Part shown: positions 25,137-29,552 of the stretch, piece by piece
How the letters are laid out: each line of letters begins with the position of its first letter
Numbering within the stretch: the stretch's first letter is position 1
NCBI GenBank assembly: GCA_043820925.1
Contig: JBDRDL010000026.1
Coordinates: forward strand, 1 to 29,552
Length of the DNA stretch: 29,552 bases
Reading direction: 5' to 3'
Source: Methanobacteriota archaeon
GTDB lineage: Archaea > Hydrothermarchaeota > Hydrothermarchaeia > Hydrothermarchaeales > JACRDW01
Made by a program: the position numbers and the translations under genes
The notes under the pieces: model-generated
Seen by the model: only the letters and a program-made list of their open reading frames with translations
Told to the model about the DNA's origin: nothing
The model's database searches: none

Positions 25137-26447
25137 TTACTTTCGCAAATGCATCATTTTTGCAAGATAGCCTCTTCCGAATCCTCTTTTAAATCCCTTC
25201 AAAGCTTTCTTCATTGTTGCATGGTAATTTATAAGCTCTTTTACCTCTTCGACAGCTGTGCCCGAGCCTCTGGCAATTCTCTTTATTCTGGAGGAGTCAA
25301 GAATCTTTGGGTCGCTTTTTTCTCTTTTGCACATCGAATCAAGGATTACCAGAAATTTTTTGAGCTTGGTTTCAGTAACTTCTGAAGTTTCCTTCGGCAT
25401 TGCAGCGCCCAGTCCGGGAATCATCTTGAGCACGCTGCTCAGAGGTCCCAGCTTTCTTATCGCAGCTATCTGCTCCTGCAGGTCGAAGAGGGTGAATTCG
25501 CCTTTTAAAAGCTTTTCCGCAACCTCCTCGTCCATGGTTTCCTTTGCTTTTTCGAGCAGCGTCGCAAGGTCTCCCATACCCAGAAGCCTTGAAATGAACC
25601 TCTCTGCATCGAACAGCTCGATGTTATCTACTTTTTCGCCAGTACCTATGAATCTTATCGGCGACGCTGTTTCGGCAACCGCAGAGAGCGCTCCGCCGCC
25701 TTTCGCGGAACCGTCCACCTTCGTCAGAATAACGCCCGTTATTCCGATTGCCTCGTGAAATGCCCCCGCCTGCGCACCTGCCTGCTGTCCTATGCTGGAG
25801 TCTATCACGAGGAGTTTTTCATCCGGCTGGTAAATCCTGAAAATCTGCTTCATTTCCTCGAAAAGCTCTGCCTCTGATTTATGCCTGCCTGCGGTGTCAA
25901 GTATAATAACCTCGCTCTTTCCTGCCTCCTCCAAGCCTTTCCTTGCAATGGCCATCGAATCTTTATTTGCCGGCTCTCCATAGACTTTTATGTTCAGGGG
26001 CTCGGCTAATTGAACCGCCTGCTCATATGCAGCTGGTCTAACCGTATCTGCAATTATTACAAAAGGTCGAAGACCTCTTTTCATGTAAAACTTCGCAAGT
26101 TTTACCGCAGTCGTAGTTTTTCCAGAGCCCTGCAAGCCAACGAGCATTATTTTCGATTTTTTCGGCACGAATTCCTGCTTCCTGCCGAGAAGCCTGACAA
26201 GCTCCTCATAGACTATGGTTGCGGCGTGCTCCTTTTTAGAAAGCCCTGCTTTGAGTTTCTCCTTCAGCGCTCTTTCCTCGATTGTCCTGGAAAGAGCCAT
26301 TACCAGCTTGACATTAACATCTGCTTGCAGCAGTGCCCTCTGGATATCCTTAACAACCTCTTTAACAAGCTTCTCATCCACGAGGCTTGCGAGCGTTATT
26401 TTTTTAATAACGCCGGTCAGCGCTTCTCCTAATTTCTCAAGAGCCAT
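25137..26447 (-). CDS. srp54: Signal recognition particle protein SRP54
   Basis: [46 protein letters not shown] and M-domain [11 protein letters not shown]. Start at ATG 26447. Confidence 0.98.
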   Translation of the reverse strand: MALEKLGEALTGVIKKITLASLVDEKLVKEVVKDIQRALLQADVNVKLVMALSRTIEERALKEKLKAGLSKKEHAATIVYEELVRLLGRKQEFVPKKSKIMLVGLQGSGKTTTAVKLAKFYMKRGLRPFVIIADTVRPAAYEQAVQLAEPLNIKVYGEPANKDSMAIARKGLEEAGKSEVIILDTAGRHKSEAELFEEMKQIFRIYQPDEKLLVIDSSIGQQAGAQAGAFHEAIGITGVILTKVDGSAKGGGALSAVAETASPIRFIGTGEKVDNIELFDAERFISRLLGMGDLATLLEKAKETMDEEVAEKLLKGEFTLFDLQEQIAAIRKLGPLSSVLKMIPGLGAAMPKETSEVTETKLKKFLVILDSMCKREKSDPKILDSSRIKRIARGSGTAVEEVKELINYHATMKKALKGFKRGFGRGYLAKMMHLRK

Positions 26448-26502
26448 AGTAGAGTACAAAAACTGTACCTAATAAAAAAATAACCAAAAAATAAAAGACA
26501 AT

Positions 26503-26610
26503 TTATGCAGTTACTGGCTTCTTTTTCTTGTAGTAGAATATGGCGCCCAGCACTACTATAACCACTGCCGCAATTAAATAATTCAGGGTCGTTGCCTCCG
26601 TACCTTTCAC
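26503..26610 (-). CDS. Possible 35-aa single-TM small protein, or orphaned C-terminal membrane anchor
   Basis: Manual translation from GTG 26610: MKGTEATTLNYLIAAVVIVVLGAIFYYKKKKPVTA*, followed by a T-rich tract. Confidence 0.4.
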   Translation of the reverse strand: MKGTEATTLNYLIAAVVIVVLGAIFYYKKKKPVTA

Positions 26611-26806
26611 CCCCCTCTATTTTTCGACTATTACGACATTTATTTCCAACAATAGACGATAGGAATAACGTGTTAAAAAAATTGTAATTCGGCACATCCA
26701 CTCTGCTTTGCCTAAACTGCACTCCATTGCATTACCTCCAAAACGCCGAAAAAACGATAGAGGAAGGGAAAAGAAGTTAATCAGTATCTGCAAATAATTC
26801 TACACT

Positions 26807-27184
26807 ATGCAGAGGGAAGTCCTGATAAAAACAGAAGCCTTGGAAACGCTCCTCCATCTCGCCAAAAGCATGCATCCTAAGGAGATGGTGGCACTGCTCC
26901 GCGGCGAGGCGAAGAAGGAGATAAGGATAGAGGAAGTGCTGCTTGCGCCGTTGGCGCTGGGTGGAGAGGATTTCTCAGAGTTTCCGCTGGATGCGCTCCC
27001 CATAGACCCGTCTATAATCGGCACGGCGCACAGCCATCCAGTGCACGAGCTGGAGCCGTCTGAGGAGGATTTGAATGAGAGCTACGGGCACGTCTCTCTC
27101 ATAGTCGCATATCCTTATTCCGGCGCCCGTGATGTTGCGGCGTACTCATCCTCGAGTGAGAGACTAAAGTTGAGGGTTGTGTAA
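26807..27184 (+). CDS. JAB/MPN+ (JAMM) metalloprotease
   Basis: N-terminal PKEM (catalytic Glu) and GTAHSHP....EPSEED JAMM motif. Confidence 0.9.
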   Translation: MQREVLIKTEALETLLHLAKSMHPKEMVALLRGEAKKEIRIEEVLLAPLALGGEDFSEFPLDALPIDPSIIGTAHSHPVHELEPSEEDLNESYGHVSLIVAYPYSGARDVAAYSSSSERLKLRVV

Positions 27185-27216
27185 GTGGTTTAGTGTGAAA
27201 ATAAAAAAGCGCAGCT

Positions 27217-27357
27217 TTACGGACTGCACCCGAGCCCCATGAAAACTTCGATCGTTTCTACCTCTGGCTCGAGCTCTACCTTCTCAACGTAAGCGTAGTT
27301 GTACCACAGCGGGCAGGTTTCGTAGGTTGCAAGGCGGGAGTGGGAATAAACTGGCAT
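27217..27357 (-). pseudogene. 5' fragment of a PD-(D/E)XK (AddB/RecB/Cas4-like) nuclease gene, copy 1
   Basis: MPVYSHSRLATYETCPLWYNYAYVEKVELE...IEVFMG, then frameshift/stop; S.S.L..Y..CP..Y.Y.Y is the typical N-terminus of this family. Confidence 0.8.
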
Positions 27358-27432
27358 AAATGAAATATTATCGTTGCTCTGCTTAAAATTTTTTGCTACT
27401 TCTCCACCCACTTGTCTTTTGCATTTCCAACA

Positions 27433-28368
27433 CTACAACTTTTCAAGTGCTCTCAGAATCGCTGGATGTTCTCGGAGCTTATCGTGGAATTGACTCTTAT
27501 CATCGATGACCTCTGGCCTAAATTGCTTCTTTTCATAGAACTCTTTGATCAGCATGATTTCTTTTTCATGTAGATTCTCAAAAACGCTCTCGCTAAATTT
27601 TATCACCTGCTGCTTTATGTTTTGAAAATTTACTCTATCCGCTCCCTCAGTCCGCAACAGATTTTTAAGGGTGGTATCCAACGAAACTTTACCTATAGTA
27701 TCAGAGACATTTATCTCAATTAAAGCTGGTTTTCCACGCATAAGGCAGTCGATTACCACACATTTTCTGAAAGTATTTACGTCAAATTTCATCTCCGCAA
27801 TCCTGTAAACGTCGTATATATCCCTGCTGGTGGCCCTGTAAAGGCAGGCTCCAAATTTATTGGCGAATAGCTCCTCCAGGGTAGGAGTAAGAATCTTAAA
27901 TCTTTCTTCCTTGCCCATATGCATGAAATCAGCAATTGCATCGCTTTTAAGGATCGAATACCTGCGCATGTATCCAACTTCAATCACAAAGCTGTCTCGG
28001 ATGCCCAAGCTGCTCTGGTAGGAAACGTCCATTCTACACAAGGGATAGCTGGAATTAATATTTAGATCAGATTTCTTATACCCCCTCATGTACAGTATTT
28101 GCTTGATTCGCTCATCGACTTCATCTCTAACCTCTCCCCAGTCTTTTGCATCTCGGTGTCTGTAGTTGAAGTCCAGATCTATAGAAAGTCGGGGTATATC
28201 TTTGAAGTAGATGAAGTTGAGGGCGGTGCCTCCATAGAGGGATAGCTTCTCTCCGAGAAACTTAACGTTGGAGATATCTTCAAGTATATCGAAAATTCTG
28301 CAGACCTTCTCTATTTCCCTGATGTTAAACCCATGAGTCCTTGCTAAATATTCTAGATCGTATTCCAT
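27433..28368 (-). CDS. AbiEii-family nucleotidyltransferase toxin (type IV TA / abortive infection)
   Basis: LYGGTALNFIYF..PRLSIDLDF, EELFANK and RATSRDIYD. Confidence 0.93.
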   Translation of the reverse strand: MEYDLEYLARTHGFNIREIEKVCRIFDILEDISNVKFLGEKLSLYGGTALNFIYFKDIPRLSIDLDFNYRHRDAKDWGEVRDEVDERIKQILYMRGYKKSDLNINSSYPLCRMDVSYQSSLGIRDSFVIEVGYMRRYSILKSDAIADFMHMGKEERFKILTPTLEELFANKFGACLYRATSRDIYDVYRIAEMKFDVNTFRKCVVIDCLMRGKPALIEINVSDTIGKVSLDTTLKNLLRTEGADRVNFQNIKQQVIKFSESVFENLHEKEIMLIKEFYEKKQFRPEVIDDKSQFHDKLREHPAILRALEKL

Positions 28369-28369
28369 G

Positions 28370-29182
28370 TCACACCCCTCGAAGTTTCTCCTCGAATTTT
28401 TCTGGAACGTAAAGGAGCCATTTTTTATTGAAGGTTACGGGCCCGCCTTCAGTTAAGTAGCGGGGATTTTCCCCGATATTATCCTGGAGTTTGCTTAACA
28501 TGTTGTCATCGATGTGTTCATAGAAGACCGACGTATTTCTAAGCAATTCGAGTACGAACCCAACTTTTCTGAAGAGGAGTTCATTATCGTATTTGAGGAG
28601 ATATTTATAGGTGTTATTGAAATTTAATCCCCCCATTCCCTGCAGGCTTTTGAGGCATTCCTCCCATCCGCCAGCGTACTGCACCCTGTGCAGGGAGTCG
28701 ATGAAGGTGCGCTCTTTGCTGCTCACCCTGATTCCCTGACCCCGGTATTTCTTCTTTTCCACCCCCAGGTCAGTATCCTTGACGAACACTGGTCTAAACT
28801 TTAGACCCCTGTACTGGAAGGGATCGAATCTGTCCTTGTTTTTAACGCAGACATACACCTCATTATACCTGGAGTAGGCACTCCCATAGAATTCCAGGGC
28901 TGTATGATATCCCAGGTAATAACCGTCTCTGATCTTCGAGCCGATTAAGAATTTGTCCGGGATATGTTTCCCTGGTTCTTCAAGTGGAGAAAGCACTGCG
29001 TATAGGCCCCTTCTAACCCGCTGTAGCTTCCCTTCTTCCACCAGTTTTCTGACATACTTCCGGTAGATGTACTCTGGGTCCTTTGAAGCCATAATATTTC
29101 TGGCTTTATCCACGATCTCCTCAAAGGTCACCACCTTTAAAGGCAGGACTTCCAGGTAGAGTTTTTCTGTTTTACTGACCAT
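28370..29182 (-). CDS. AbiEi-family antitoxin / transcriptional regulator
   Basis: N-terminal wHTH (L..EGKLQRVRRGLY), YYLGYHTALEFYG, VSSKERTFID and YAGGWEE; 1 bp upstream of abiEii. Confidence 0.92.
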   Translation of the reverse strand: MVSKTEKLYLEVLPLKVVTFEEIVDKARNIMASKDPEYIYRKYVRKLVEEGKLQRVRRGLYAVLSPLEEPGKHIPDKFLIGSKIRDGYYLGYHTALEFYGSAYSRYNEVYVCVKNKDRFDPFQYRGLKFRPVFVKDTDLGVEKKKYRGQGIRVSSKERTFIDSLHRVQYAGGWEECLKSLQGMGGLNFNNTYKYLLKYDNELLFRKVGFVLELLRNTSVFYEHIDDNMLSKLQDNIGENPRYLTEGGPVTFNKKWLLYVPEKFEEKLRGV

Positions 29183-29205
29183 GCGCTATAATAAGATTTT
29201 TCAAA

Positions 29206-29295
29206 TATTTAAAGTTATTACCCATATTCGGGCATATATCATTAAATTTACGGAAAATTAACGTTATTACCCCTAACATGGAACATATCATTAAA
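29206..29295 (-). promoter_or_regulatory. abiE promoter: TATA plus two imperfect 35-bp direct repeats (candidate operators)
   Basis: TTTAAATA (minus, 29213-29206) about 24 bp before ATG 29182; repeats at 29212-29246 and 29261-29295 share 27/35 nt. Confidence 0.55.
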
Positions 29296-29350
29296 AAAGT
29301 GGAGATAGAATACAAAGAGAAGCACGGCAGGAAGAAATAGCGCCAGCCAG

Positions 29351-29416
29351 AGCGTACCTGTACTGCAGCGGGCAGGTTTCGTAGGTTGCGAGGCGGGAGT
29401 GAGAGTAGATGGGCAT
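29351..29416 (-). pseudogene. 5' fragment of the same PD-(D/E)XK nuclease gene, copy 2
   Basis: MPIYSHSRLATYETCPLQYRYA; 56/66 nt identical to 27292-27357. Confidence 0.85.
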
Positions 29417-29459
29417 CAATAAAAACTCTTGTGCCTTCCGGGATATCGCCGAGGAACAT
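29412..29459 (-). pseudogene. Truncated PIN/VapC toxin, first 16 codons
   Basis: MFLGDIPEGTRVFIDA is a typical PIN N-terminus. It breaks where ATGCC is shared with the nuclease-fragment start. Its ATG abuts the upstream stop. Confidence 0.65.
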
Positions 29460-29552
29460 TTAGTACCACTCTTCAGAGGCGATGAGTTCCTTAATGCTTG
29501 GATCTTTGACCTTGATTATTCCTAGGAGGTTATCTACCGGGTCAGATTTCTT
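29460..29552 (-). CDS. 3' end of a probable VapB-type antitoxin (partial, window edge)
   Basis: Open frame ...KKSDPVDNLLGIIKVKDPSIKELIASEEWY*, with TAA directly before the PIN ATG. Confidence 0.5.
   Translation of the reverse strand, partial: KKSDPVDNLLGIIKVKDPSIKELIASEEWY

Noticed and set aside
26429..26722. 97-aa minus-strand ORF
   Set aside because: No recognisable motif; it crosses the T-rich srp54 upstream region, and a different frame gives the more protein-like TM peptide.
27217..27411. Intact Cas4 or a CRISPR adaptation gene
   Set aside because: Only about 45 N-terminal codons remain, without the catalytic PD-(D/E)XK core, and there is no cas context.
29172..29459. 95-aa ORF as a real gene
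   Set aside because: It is a chimera of a PIN start, an out-of-frame nuclease stub and the abiE promoter.

Overview
Archaeal chromosomal window from an anaerobic, euryarchaeal-type organism. The Thermococcus-like PriL/RPA14, CODH and form III RuBisCO would fit e.g. Hydrothermarchaeota, but taxonomy is inference only. Two minus-strand housekeeping clusters flank a ~15.5 kb mostly plus-strand block. Left cluster: METTL5-csl4-rpoL-RNase III-like-NUDIX-tfs-RPA14-pcna-priL-M48/YgjP-priS, preceded by tRNA-Lys(CTT). Right cluster: srp54-rpl21e-rpoF-DUF655-rsmA-kae1. The middle block holds frhB-like-cdhA-cdhB-ogg, a small AT-rich toxin-antitoxin patch, a CBS protein, a small Cys protein-lsrF-[AAA ATPase]-Zn dehydrogenase-RuBisCO cluster, and UPF0182 plus an HSP20-like gene. 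The right end is a decayed defence hotspot: AbiEi/AbiEii lies between two 5' fragments of the same PD-(D/E)XK nuclease gene, next to a truncated PIN TA pair. Most notable: (1) an RNA polymerase Rpo11/RpoL carrying an inserted tandem helix-hairpin-helix domain; (2) an LsrF thiolase/Zn-dehydrogenase/RuBisCO cluster whose chemistry suggests a deoxypentodiulose-phosphate salvage route to DHAP + acetyl-CoA; (3) an F420-binding FrhB/FpoF-type subunit coupled to a stand-alone CdhAB; (4) a family of hairpin-built intergenic inserts at gene junctions, two of which duplicate the downstream start codon. All family calls come from motif recognition by eye, not database searches.
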